DNA of 64,000 nucleotides from Scytonema sp. NUACC26 (GTDB taxonomy: Bacteria; Cyanobacteriota; Cyanobacteriia; Cyanobacteriales; Nostocaceae), in assembly GCF_045865695.1 (NCBI RefSeq), contig NZ_BAACAP010000234.1, positions 1-64,000 of the forward strand. The letters are read 5' to 3'. The notes beneath the pieces are model-generated. The model was not told the DNA's origin. It saw nothing but the letters and a program-made list of their open reading frames with translations, and ran no database searches. Made by a program: the position numbers and the translations under genes. Shown here one piece after another: positions 9,962 to 18,721 of this stretch. Each line of letters opens with the position of its first letter. Within the stretch, counting starts at the first letter, position 1.

Positions 9962-10262
9962 AGACAACACAGTTAAACTGTGGGACAAAAACGGCAACTT
10001 GTTGCACACCTTAATAGGGCATAATGCTCCGGTAGGGTCAGTCGCTTTCAGTCCTGATGGTAAAACACCTGAGCAAGCGAGGACAGCAGGCTCATTCTCT
10101 GGGATTTACAGAGGATTCTCAATTTAAATGACTTGGCATATGCGTGCAATTGGATGCGGGATTATCTGCGGACGAATGCGGAGTTGGGGAAGGGAGTTAA
10201 CTTAGATCGGACTCAAGAGGCCCGCTCTTTACGTGATGGGATTGTTTCTTACCAGTAGCAAT
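9962..10262 (+). pseudogene. Remnant of the C-terminus of a WD40-repeat protein gene, with no start and frame breaks.
   Basis: Translates to [33 protein letters not shown], then an out-of-frame [22 protein letters not shown] tail typical of cyanobacterial WD40 protein C-termini. No ORF of 60 aa or more here. Confidence 0.55.
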
Positions 10263-10391
10263 TGATGGGTAATGCAGGTACAATCGATGTTGTAGCTGAC
10301 GCGATAAGCGCTCTTTCAGCTTCCGCTTCGCGAACGCAGTTAAAATCAAATAGTTAAGCTTAAAGTCTAAATTCTTGAAAGACACAATAAT

Positions 10392-10622
10392 ATGACTGAG
10401 ACTGCGGAAAAACTCAAGCTAGAACTTTCTCAACTCTCTCTACAAGAACGTGCCGAACTTGCACGCTTTTTGATTCATTCCTTGGATGAAGGTGTAAATG
10501 ATGATGTAGAGGCTGCTTGGGATATAGAATTAACCCAACGGTTGGAAGATATTCATTGCGTAACGGCGATTGGCGAACCATCAAATCAAGTGTTTTCCCA
10601 GTTACGAGAGAAGTATTTGTGA
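10392..10622 (+). CDS. Putative addiction-module antitoxin component (TIGR02574-like).
   Basis: ELSQLSLQERAELARFLIHSLDE...EAAWDIELTQRLEDI matches the conserved pattern of this small antitoxin family. No intact toxin gene follows it. Confidence 0.55.
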   Translation: MTETAEKLKLELSQLSLQERAELARFLIHSLDEGVNDDVEAAWDIELTQRLEDIHCVTAIGEPSNQVFSQLREKYL

Positions 10623-10715
10623 AGTTTATAGGTTGTTTAGGTAATTGCCATCGCACATGGAAAGCGCAAACCGGATTACTAGAAAAAGCGACAAATTGAG
10701 ATGTAAAGCGCTCGC

Positions 10716-11381
10716 TTGAGACAGATCGATATTTCAACATATAGGCGAAATATGACTACAAAAGTTTTTATTCAACCAGAAGAAATTATTCATTTATCAG
10801 GTATCAGTTGGCAAACCTATGAAAGTTTACTTAATGAATTGAGCAAAAATCGCCGTCTTCGGCTAACTTACAACCGTGGTAATTTAGAAATCATGGCTCC
10901 TTCTCCAGAACACGAACGTTACAAGACTTTAATGGGACGCTTTGTTGAAACCATAGCTGAAGAATTAGAAATTAGAATTGAACCATTTGGTTCTACTACT
11001 TATAAATATCCACAGTTGAGTGGAGCAGAACCAGATGAAAGTTTTTATTTAAAAAACATTGATATTATTCGTGGCAAAAAGAGGATAGATTTACAACAAG
11101 ACCCTCCACCAGATTTAGTTGTTGAAATTGATATCACTAGTAGTTCGGAGAATCGATTACAAATCTATTCTGATATAGGAATAGCCGAAGTTTGGTGTTA
11201 CAATGGAGAAGATTTTAGTATTTATATTCTTCAAAATCGAGAATATGTTAAAACAGAGCGAAGTTTAGCTTTTCCAAATTTAGCAATTTTAGAAATTGCA
11301 AGGTTTTTAGACAAAGTTGGAGAAAAAGATTATTTGGAGTTAGTAAAGGAATTTCGTCAATGGTTGCGGAATCACAAGTAG
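10716..11381 (+). CDS. Uma2 family (DUF820) putative restriction-endonuclease-like protein.
   Basis: Characteristic cyanobacterial Uma2 N-terminus IQPEEIIHLSGISWQTYESLL...RLTYNRGNLEIMAPSPEHE and core PDLVVEIDITSSS..D.K.YSDIGIAEVW. Confidence 0.8.
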   Translation: MRQIDISTYRRNMTTKVFIQPEEIIHLSGISWQTYESLLNELSKNRRLRLTYNRGNLEIMAPSPEHERYKTLMGRFVETIAEELEIRIEPFGSTTYKYPQLSGAEPDESFYLKNIDIIRGKKRIDLQQDPPPDLVVEIDITSSSENRLQIYSDIGIAEVWCYNGEDFSIYILQNREYVKTERSLAFPNLAILEIARFLDKVGEKDYLELVKEFRQWLRNHK

Positions 11382-11439
11382 AGAATTTAGGTAAAACTTT
11401 CTCTAAACATCAGAAACTTGTTTATTTAGATTATTTTCT

Positions 11440-11470
11440 TGTGGTACGGGCGTCCTCGCCCGTACATAGC
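11440..11470. repeat. Small palindromic repeat (acgggcg...cgcccgt family). Other copies at 36505-36530 and 40170-40190.
   Basis: gtggtacgggcgtcctcgcccgtaca compared with acgggcgagacgcccgt elsewhere. Confidence 0.5.
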
Positions 11471-11480
11471 TATCTATCTT

Positions 11481-13976
11481 TCAGAGAGGAGAACCAGATA
11501 GCAAGAGGTTAGATAACTTTACGATCGCTATTGTTTTATCATCAGATCCGACACCAACTACAGTTGTACCATCAGGACTCAGCACAGTATGACGATTGAG
11601 TCCATCAATATCTGAAATGTGTTTGTTATTCATCCAATCCCACAACTGTGTATAACAACAATCATTAAAAATAATTATTTTGCCATCAGAGCTAATACTT
11701 AATGACTCTAAGGAACTACTACTATAACCCTGCAATGTTTTTAGCAGTGTTAAACTTGGAGCATCCCAAATCTTGACCATCCAACGAGTGCTCTCAATAT
11801 TATTCTTATCAACTTGACGATCCATACCACCAGTGACAAGTAATTTACCATCTGTGCTAGTTGAAATAACCTCTACTTCACGAGAATGAGCAGCTAAGCT
11901 TTTTACAAATTGCTGATGTGGCAAATCCCAGATTTTTATATCACCTAACGTTCCAACATATAAAGTTTGACCATCATGACTTTCCGCTACTGAAAGAACT
12001 TGAACGTGAGTGTCTATCATATGTTGAATCTGACGGCGATTCAAATCCCAAACTTTCACAGATGTATCTTTCCAACTGCTACTCACTAACCTTTGACCAT
12101 TATGACTGATTTTTAAAGTTTGAATTGCTCCAAGATGAGCGGGAGATAGTATTTCCTGTAGTATACCAAGCTTATGATTCCAAAGTTGGATTGTACCTGT
12201 TGATGTGCCAACAATTAAGGTTTGATTATCTGGACTAAAGACAAGGGATTGTATTTTGCTAGAAGAAACAGTCAAAGTTTGTCGTAGTTTTTTGCTCTGA
12301 ATATCCCAAATTTGGATCGTACCGTCTTCATTGCCATTAGCAACTGTCTGATTATTGGATGCGATCGCCAAAGCTTGAATATATCCTTTTCCTTCTAAGC
12401 GTTGCACAACGCCATCGCTTTTGAGATTTTCTGTTGAAATTTGTTGTTTGAGTTCGGAGTGAATTTGAGGAAGTTTGAACAGTGGTGCGATCGCATATAC
12501 TCCAAGTAAAAAAACTGTAACAGTCATCCAAATCCATCTTTTTTTCTTGAGTTGTTGCACTTGAAAGTTAGTCTGACTAAGTAATGGTGTATTTTCGCAA
12601 TTGCAAATAGGTTCTGCATTTTGAACCAATTGTGCTAATAAATCTGTCATTGCTTGATTTGCCAATTTTAGAGGTACGTACCTCCTGAATTGAAAAAACT
12701 GGAACTCGAACGGCAATTCTGTACGACTAGCTACAGAGAAACCTAGCCCAGTGAAAAACTGTCTATCTGCAAGCGAGCAATTAAAATAGAGAGGTCGTGA
12801 TATTTGATGGCTGAGACGTGCTAACAAGAACTTGCTAAGATATTGTTGTTGATATTGCGGTTCAATATGTAAGTTATACAATATCGAACAGTCTCCTCGT
12901 TCGGAAAAGTGAATGTAACCAATTGGATAACCATCTTGTTCGAGAATCCACTCTTGGCTCTGAGCAAAGAACCATAACAAACAGATTGAGAATAACAACA
13001 CCCATAAGGCAATGGTTATTCCTGAAAATTCGATGCCAAAGACAGAAAAGTTAAAATAAGCAAACTCTGTAAACCCAAAAATTGCTTCAAAACCCCAAAT
13101 AAGTCCACTGAGCACAACAAAAGGACGGCTAGATATCAAAGCAATTACAGTTAACATATTGAATCGAGATTGCCTAAATCGTTTCCTACGCCAAAAAGTT
13201 TTGTAAATGTACCATTGCTCCTCAATTTCTTGGAAGGAACGAATTGAGAGATGAGGTAACAGAGGTAGAGTGGATGACTGACTAGTTATTAGTGTTGGTT
13301 CGTGCAACAATCTCATCCCAAGTAGTTTGGAAAATTGTAGTTCTTTAGGCATATCTTGTTTGGGAAGAGCAACAAACCCAATACGTGCATAGAATCCTTG
13401 TAGGTGAGGAGAACAGATAAGATAAACAAGTTTTCTTGTATTCTTCAAACAGTACCAAAGTAAGTGCGCTCCAACACCTTGTAAGCGATGTTTGGGATCG
13501 ATGTAAATTGCAGAAAGCACAGTATAATTTGTTCGTATCAAAAGCGATGCCCGTCCAACAATTTGCTGTTTATGCTCGGCTACCCAGATCGCACTATTAG
13601 AAGAGCTTCTTGATAGTAACAATATAGTAAGGAAATAAGTTCCAACTCCCGTTCCAATTGCCAGTCCAATTCCCACAAAAATAGATAGATCGATTGAGCT
13701 TAGTATCGAGAAAATTTGTTGCCAATCCTGTAGGAAATTATTTGGTAAATTTCCCATCTCGTATATGTAGGCTCGATAATAAACTTGTAGTTTCTCCAAA
13801 GCTGTTTCTAGCATTGCTCGGATACCGATCGCAATCGCCAAAATAGATAGAACAAGAAGCGTGCAAAATAGAGTTTTCAAGCTTCGCAATAGTATTTCTC
13901 TAACAGTACCTCTCCGGAATGAGTACCCTGGGGGTGGAGTATGGGATTCAAGAGGTAGTTTTCCAGATGAGGACAT
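11481..13976 (-). CDS. Multi-pass membrane protein with two GNAT acetyltransferase-like domains and a C-terminal WD40 beta-propeller.
   Basis: N-terminal TM segments. GNAT core IVGRASLLIRTNYTVLSAIYIDPKHRLQGVGAHLLWYCL...GFYARIGF. Second GNAT-like GYIHFSERGDCSILYNLHIEPQYQQQY. C-terminal GTIQIWD, TIQLWN, VKVWDL and VKIWDA WD repeats. Confidence 0.8.
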   Translation of the reverse strand: MSSSGKLPLESHTPPPGYSFRRGTVREILLRSLKTLFCTLLVLSILAIAIGIRAMLETALEKLQVYYRAYIYEMGNLPNNFLQDWQQIFSILSSIDLSIFVGIGLAIGTGVGTYFLTILLLSRSSSNSAIWVAEHKQQIVGRASLLIRTNYTVLSAIYIDPKHRLQGVGAHLLWYCLKNTRKLVYLICSPHLQGFYARIGFVALPKQDMPKELQFSKLLGMRLLHEPTLITSQSSTLPLLPHLSIRSFQEIEEQWYIYKTFWRRKRFRQSRFNMLTVIALISSRPFVVLSGLIWGFEAIFGFTEFAYFNFSVFGIEFSGITIALWVLLFSICLLWFFAQSQEWILEQDGYPIGYIHFSERGDCSILYNLHIEPQYQQQYLSKFLLARLSHQISRPLYFNCSLADRQFFTGLGFSVASRTELPFEFQFFQFRRYVPLKLANQAMTDLLAQLVQNAEPICNCENTPLLSQTNFQVQQLKKKRWIWMTVTVFLLGVYAIAPLFKLPQIHSELKQQISTENLKSDGVVQRLEGKGYIQALAIASNNQTVANGNEDGTIQIWDIQSKKLRQTLTVSSSKIQSLVFSPDNQTLIVGTSTGTIQLWNHKLGILQEILSPAHLGAIQTLKISHNGQRLVSSSWKDTSVKVWDLNRRQIQHMIDTHVQVLSVAESHDGQTLYVGTLGDIKIWDLPHQQFVKSLAAHSREVEVISTSTDGKLLVTGGMDRQVDKNNIESTRWMVKIWDAPSLTLLKTLQGYSSSSLESLSISSDGKIIIFNDCCYTQLWDWMNNKHISDIDGLNRHTVLSPDGTTVVGVGSDDKTIAIVKLSNLLLSGSPL

Positions 13977-14169
13977 TAAAATATACCTATGACAAACTGC
14001 ACGTTTCTCTTAGCTTTTCACGAGCTTCAAATTATCGAGAACCGCAATTACACTGAAAAAAAGGAAAACCTTTTATAGCAGTCTTATCTGATTTGTGAAA
14101 AAAATGAAGTACTGTAGTAAGTACGGCTATGCCGTTAAAATTAAATAGTGGAGCCAAAGAATATACACT

Positions 14170-14772
14170 ATGCCTTACAGTCAATTTGATTCTATAGGAA
14201 AAGTTAAATCTGCTTTTGGAATCTCCACAGTTGAGGGAGTGCGTTTTTTTCCTCAAATATCACCATGTGAACCTTCAACTTTAACTGAATTTTTAGAAGA
14301 AAGTTTACCCTTAGCGATCGCAACTGGAAGTGAAAAAGCTCATTCAGAATTAATTATAAGTCCCGTGCTTTTAGAAGTGCGTAAGATTCTTAAGCGTCAA
14401 ATTAGTTTATTCTCTGGTGATAATTTTGATGTAGACGCTTCAGTTAGTCTAAATGGTAGATGTGACTTTCTCATTAGTCGTTCGCCGGAATTGTTAGAGA
14501 TTGAAGCTCCTAGAGTTATTATTGTTGAAGCAAAACAAGCCGATTTAAAGTTGGGAATAGGTCAGTGTGTTGCAGAAATGATAGCCGCTCAAAGGTTTAA
14601 TGAGTTAAAAGAAAATCCTACTAATACTATTTATGGCAGTATTACAAGCGGTACTCAGTGGCGATTTCTTAAGTTAGAAGGGAAAATTGTTACAATCGAT
14701 CTTACCGATTATTCTTTACCACCGATAGACCAACTTCTTGGGATTTTAGTTTGGATGGTACAAAACGCTTGA
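14170..14772 (+). CDS. Hypothetical protein with a predicted PD-(D/E)xK nuclease-fold core.
   Basis: E (SELIISPVLLE), D (GRCDFLIS) and ExK (VIIVEAKQ) in canonical order and spacing. No other recognisable domain. Confidence 0.5.
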   Translation: MPYSQFDSIGKVKSAFGISTVEGVRFFPQISPCEPSTLTEFLEESLPLAIATGSEKAHSELIISPVLLEVRKILKRQISLFSGDNFDVDASVSLNGRCDFLISRSPELLEIEAPRVIIVEAKQADLKLGIGQCVAEMIAAQRFNELKENPTNTIYGSITSGTQWRFLKLEGKIVTIDLTDYSLPPIDQLLGILVWMVQNA

Positions 14773-14948
14773 CTAAAAGAAATTTAAGCAATTTTTCAGT
14801 AATTACCCACTACCATTTAATATTTTATGTGCTACATTAAGTAGTATAGTAATACATCAGCAAAACTGTGGTTCGGGTTCTACATACCCGACTGGTGCGC
14901 CAACCTATGGATTGAGCGTATACCGTTCTTGCAATGCATTGCTAAACC

Positions 14949-15020
14949 GTTTGATTAGCTCAGTTGGTTAGAGCAACCGAAGCCATCGGTCGGACGTAGG
15001 TTAAAATCCTACATCAAACT
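14949..15020 (+). tRNA. Degenerate tRNA-like element, likely a pseudo-tRNA. Perfect 7-bp acceptor stem and D-arm, but aberrant anticodon and variable regions and a T-loop lacking TTC.
   Basis: Acceptor gtttgat/atcaaac. D-arm gctc-agttggtta-gagc. T-stem gtagg/cctac with loop ttaaaat. Anticodon-region loop contains CAT. Confidence 0.3.
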
Positions 15021-15028
15021 CCCCTCTT

Positions 15029-15104
15029 TGAAAGTGAGCTCATTGGATAGAGCGATCGACTCATAATCGATTGGTTGCAGGTTCGATTCCTGCACTTTCC
15101 ACCA
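15029..15104 (+). tRNA. tRNA-Met(CAT)-like gene with genomically encoded CCA. Deviates from consensus (U1-C72 mismatch, G8), so it may be a variant or pseudo-tRNA.
   Basis: Manual fold: acceptor tgaaagt/actttcc (6 of 7 bp), D-arm gctc-attggata-gagc, anticodon stem atcga/tcgat with loop ctCATaa, variable tggtt, T-arm gcagg-ttcgatt-cctgc, discriminator a, then cca. Confidence 0.45.
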
Positions 15105-15548
15105 AAGAAAGTCCGGGTCAAAAGACACTACCCTGTCACGGTAGCTTTACATGGTATGGGAGAAATCCCAAGACGGTTCGACTCCGTTGTTATGCAAACT
15201 CTGCAATGTGGGTGCTCGCGGTTGGACGTTACTCAGTGATGTTCAATCGCCACAGTGAAGAAGCCTGTGCAATTGTCTTCTCCTTAATTTGAGTTTGTTC
15301 GAGCGTTTGTCATATCCATTTTCTCTACGAGAATTCTGGAATTGGCAAATGCAACGGCAAATCTGAGTGCTATTTTTCCTTGTAAGAGGAATTATAGCAA
15401 TATGGCGATAAGCTGGGTACAGCTTGCGCTAAGAGCGATCGCTACAACTGGTAATAACCAGAGTAGTGTTTTGCCCTCTTAATCCAATTTTAGAGACGCA
15501 ATTTGCCCGCAACTGAACTGCAAACACCCACACTTGTAGAGTTTCAAT

Positions 15549-15589
15549 TAATCACTGGTCACTGGTTACTGGTCACTGGTCACTGTATT
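15549..15589. repeat. STRR heptamer array (CACTGGT) forming the 5' region or leader of the SPFH gene.
   Basis: atcactggtcactggttactggtcactggtcactg. Confidence 0.8.
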
Positions 15590-17113
15590 ATGTGGAAAAC
15601 ATTTTATATCAAACCTAACGAAATCGGAATTTTATATCACAGAAGTGATTTCAAGAAAATTTTACAGCCCGGTACTTACACTTATATCGGACGCCATTGG
15701 CAAGTCAAAACCTATGACCTCAACCAACCAGAAGCCAAGATTGAGAACCTCGAACTTTTGTTGAGAGATCGTGGCTCCGAGTTACAACAACATCTCATAG
15801 TCGTGCGAACAGCTTACAACCAAGCAGCTTTAGTACGCTTGGGTCAAAATTGGATGAGCATTGCACCCAATCAACTACGGGCTTTTTGGCGCGGTTTTAT
15901 TGAGGTAGAATCCCATGTCTTCAACTTGGAAGAAAGCTTGGAATTACCAACAGAATTCGTACAGCAAGTACGCGGAATTGCTTTGAACGGACTGAAAAAG
16001 TTTCAAATTTCAGAGTCTGAAATTGGTTTGCTGTACGTACAAAATAACTTTGTCCGACCCCTAGAACCAGGAGAGTACGCTTTTTGGTCGCAAGACAAAG
16101 ATGTTTCACTCCGAACGCTCAGCCGGATTGTACCTAATCCTAGCTTTCCCCTCGAAGATGTATTGATTGAAAAACATCCTGACTTTGTTGCAGCGTATTG
16201 TGAAGTCGTACAATCGCTGACTTATCAAGTCGCAATTGTGAGATATCAAGGGAAAGTTATTTCCATCCTACCGCCATGCGATCGCAAATTGTTTTGGAAA
16301 GGTGTTGAGGTGGAGACGATCGACATCAGCACTGATGCTAAGTTACCTTCTCGTTTGGTGGCTGAGTTAGTTTCCGGTAAACCTGAAACTCTAGCTTTGA
16401 GCCGCAATTCTTTGCATATTCGCGAAGTACCAACACAACACCTGGGGTTACTCTACATCAATCAAGAGTATCAATCACAACTCCAAGCAGGAATGCATGC
16501 ATGGTGGCTGTTTGGGCGTTCTTTGCAAACAGAAATCTTTGACCTTCGTTACTCAACACTTGAAGTATCCGGTCAAGACATTCTTTCTAAAGATAAAGTC
16601 CCTTTGCGTTTAAACTTAACTGCTGGCTACCGCATTCTCGACCCACTTAGAGCCAAGAATGGTTTATCAGATATTACCACTTACCTATACAAAGAACTAC
16701 AGTTTGCTTTGCGTGGTGCTGTTGGGGAAAGAACTCTAGATGCATTGTTGGAGGATAAAGGCGCAATTGATAGCAGTGTCTCCGAATACATTCGCTCCAA
16801 AACTGCTGACTATGGAATTGAAGTCGATTCAGTTGGGGTAAAAGATATTATTCTTCCTGGTGAGATTAAGACGATTCTGAGCAAGGTTGTGGAAGCAGAA
16901 AAAGCAGCCCAAGCAAACGGAGTCCGTCGTCGTGAAGAAACTGCTGCAACTCGCAGTATGTTGAATACTGCTAAGGTCATGGAAGATAATCCCGTTGCGT
17001 TGCGTCTCAAGGAGTTAGAAGTGCTCGAAAGAATTGCCGAAAAGATTGAGAAAATTCAAGTCAATGGCAGTTTGGATAGTATCTTGACGGAGTTGATTCG
17101 GATTAATCGCTAG
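15590..17113 (+). CDS. SPFH/band-7 domain protein with a large N-terminal domain of unknown function. The ORF is open from 15503, but the ATG at 15590 after the STRR is the more plausible start.
   Basis: C-terminal SPFH signature LRLNLTAGYRILDPLRA...GIEVDSVGVKDIILPGEIKTILSKVVEAEKAAQANGVRRREE...LRLKELEVLERIAEK. Confidence 0.75.
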   Translation: MWKTFYIKPNEIGILYHRSDFKKILQPGTYTYIGRHWQVKTYDLNQPEAKIENLELLLRDRGSELQQHLIVVRTAYNQAALVRLGQNWMSIAPNQLRAFWRGFIEVESHVFNLEESLELPTEFVQQVRGIALNGLKKFQISESEIGLLYVQNNFVRPLEPGEYAFWSQDKDVSLRTLSRIVPNPSFPLEDVLIEKHPDFVAAYCEVVQSLTYQVAIVRYQGKVISILPPCDRKLFWKGVEVETIDISTDAKLPSRLVAELVSGKPETLALSRNSLHIREVPTQHLGLLYINQEYQSQLQAGMHAWWLFGRSLQTEIFDLRYSTLEVSGQDILSKDKVPLRLNLTAGYRILDPLRAKNGLSDITTYLYKELQFALRGAVGERTLDALLEDKGAIDSSVSEYIRSKTADYGIEVDSVGVKDIILPGEIKTILSKVVEAEKAAQANGVRRREETAATRSMLNTAKVMEDNPVALRLKELEVLERIAEKIEKIQVNGSLDSILTELIRINR

Positions 17114-17292
17114 TAAACTGATAAAGCTAACTAGTCAGGATAGTCATTTGTCATTGGTCAATCGCTCGCTTACATCTGATACAGTTCTTGTGGGGTGGGC
17201 ATCTTGCCCGCCTAGAATAGTTATTGTAAATTGATTTTCAAAATTAGTGTAATATACGTCAAACAATTAAGAACGCTAGAATTATCAATGTA

Positions 17293-17592
17293 ATGCACGT
17301 TATCAGCCGTAAAAAGTTGCGAGAATTTTGTCAACGACATGGAGATTGCTATGAAGTACTAGACGACTGGTATAAAATTGCAACTAAAGCTCACTGGAAA
17401 AACTTAGTGGAGGTTCAAGCCGCTTATCCTCGAGCGGAAGCAGTTAATAATTTTACAGTTTTTAATATTAAAGGTAATAAATATAGATTGATTGTTAGTA
17501 TTAATTATGAAAAACAAGTTATCTATATTAAATATGTCTTAACTCATGCAGAATATGACAAAGATAACTGGAAAAATGACCATTACTATTAA
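17293..17592 (+). CDS. higB: Type II toxin HigB (RelE-superfamily mRNA interferase, COG4680/PF09907).
   Basis: MHVISRKKLREF...WYKIATKAHWKNLVEVQAAYPRAEAV.NFTVFNIKGNKYRLIVSINYEKQVIYIKYVLTHAEYDK, near-consensus for the family. Confidence 0.8.
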   Translation: MHVISRKKLREFCQRHGDCYEVLDDWYKIATKAHWKNLVEVQAAYPRAEAVNNFTVFNIKGNKYRLIVSINYEKQVIYIKYVLTHAEYDKDNWKNDHYY

Positions 17593-17980
17593 TTCAGAAA
17601 TGTATAGTCAATTACTTTCTAAATATCAACCTCGAATTATTAAGACAGAGGCTGAAAATGAAGAATTTTTAAAGGTAGTGGAGGAATTGTTGGCTCGTCA
17701 AAATCTAACTCCAGAAGAAAGTACAATTTTAGAGTTACTGGTAAAGTTAATTGAAGATTTTGAAGATAAACATTATCAATTAAACTATTCTACACCACGT
17801 TCTCGAATGATTCATTTGATGGAAGCACAGAATATTACAAAGGATAACTTATTAGAAGTTTTTGGTTCATCTGATATGGTTGATAAAGTCATAAATGGTG
17901 AATTAGAAATAGGTTTACCAGAGGCTTTAGCATTAGGGAAATTATTACACGTTGATTCTAGCTTATTTTTCTATGATTAA
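17576..17980 (+). CDS. higA: HigA-type antitoxin (COG5499 HTH protein). The ORF track extends the start to 17546, but the ATG at 17576 overlaps the higB stop region.
   Basis: N-terminal ...EFLKVVEELLARQNLTPEESTILELLVKLIEDFEDKHYQL and C-terminal HTH-like segment, immediately downstream of and overlapping higB. Confidence 0.7.
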   Translation: MTITINSEMYSQLLSKYQPRIIKTEAENEEFLKVVEELLARQNLTPEESTILELLVKLIEDFEDKHYQLNYSTPRSRMIHLMEAQNITKDNLLEVFGSSDMVDKVINGELEIGLPEALALGKLLHVDSSLFFYD

Positions 17981-18037
17981 AAATTAATAGGAATAGGGAG
18001 GAACGACCCATTCCCTGTTCCCCGTTGCCTTCTTGTT

Positions 18038-18150
18038 GAAAATTATTCCGACTTTGTTACGGCTTATTGTAAAGTCGTACAATCGCTAACTTACCAAGTC
18101 GCAATTGATAAGATATCAAGGAAAAGTTATTTCCATCCTCCCACCATGCG
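18038..18150 (+). pseudogene. About 110-bp fragment of an SPFH-gene paralog, roughly 85-90% identical to 16175-16290 of the intact gene, with a frameshift.
   Basis: gactttgtt.c.g..tattgt.aagtcgtacaatcgct.actta.caagtcgcaattg...agatatcaagg.aaagttatttccatcct.cc.ccatgcgatcgc is shared with the intact gene. An indel breaks the frame. Confidence 0.7.
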
Positions 18151-18348
18151 ATCGCTGTCTAAGGAACGTAGTAAATTAGCAATTCCGATTGTTGCTCGTC
18201 TTAGTTCTACCCGCTCTTCTTGAGCCTGATTTTCCACTGTAGTTAATCCCTCTATATTGTGCGTGAGTTCAGCAATCCAATCTGTTAATGCTTGGATAGC
18301 ACGACGACTATTCGCTTCGACAATTTGCTGAAGTTCATAAAATTCCAT
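18127..18348 (-). CDS. Small hypothetical ORF (73 aa). Its 3' end overlaps the SPFH fragment, so it may be spurious.
   Basis: ORF only. No recognisable motif. Confidence 0.25.
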   Translation of the reverse strand: MEFYELQQIVEANSRRAIQALTDWIAELTHNIEGLTTVENQAQEERVELRRATIGIANLLRSLDSDRMVGGWK

Positions 18349-18721
18349 TGCTAGATATTTTGCGGGTAGTAAAACAGTATTATTTTACTCCCATCCCGTC
18401 AGAAGATTACTTAAACAAGTAGGTGGGGCTATGCCCTACAGAGCGATCTGGTGGGCAGTGTCTACCCTACTACCGCGTCCACCTTAAAATGGTCGGTGAA
18501 GACAGCAGGGGGAGCAGGGGTGCTCTTGCGCTCTTGAGAAAGAATCTAGACTCATTGACCGATTAATTTCTACCCACCAATTAAGCCTAGATACACTACT
18601 ACAAAGATCGGGAATTTTAGAGCGTCCAAGGAGTAACGCCAAAATACTACTCTATAGTAAAGAGTGCGTTTCAACACATTAGAATCTAGAGTAATTGGGA
18701 TTTTGAGGGTAAAAATTCTTT

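Noticed and set aside
10517-10699. 60-aa ORF overlapping the antitoxin 3' end, a possible toxin partner.
   Set aside because: It is in a different frame, overlapping most of the antitoxin gene. It has no RelE/ParE-like motifs and is probably spurious. The module looks like an orphan antitoxin.
14949-15104. A single tRNA gene interrupted by a group I intron.
   Set aside because: The total span of about 156 bp is too short for a group I intron. Each half independently forms its own acceptor stem.
15105-15300. RNase P RNA or tmRNA, suggested by GAAAGTCCGGG and the GGTTCGACTCC T-arm-like strings after the tRNA.
   Set aside because: Only a single short P4-like string is present. The other universally conserved RNase P elements (such as ACAGAAACCCGGCTTA), or a tmRNA tag reading frame and pseudoknots, are missing. 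It is more likely a further tRNA-derived relic.
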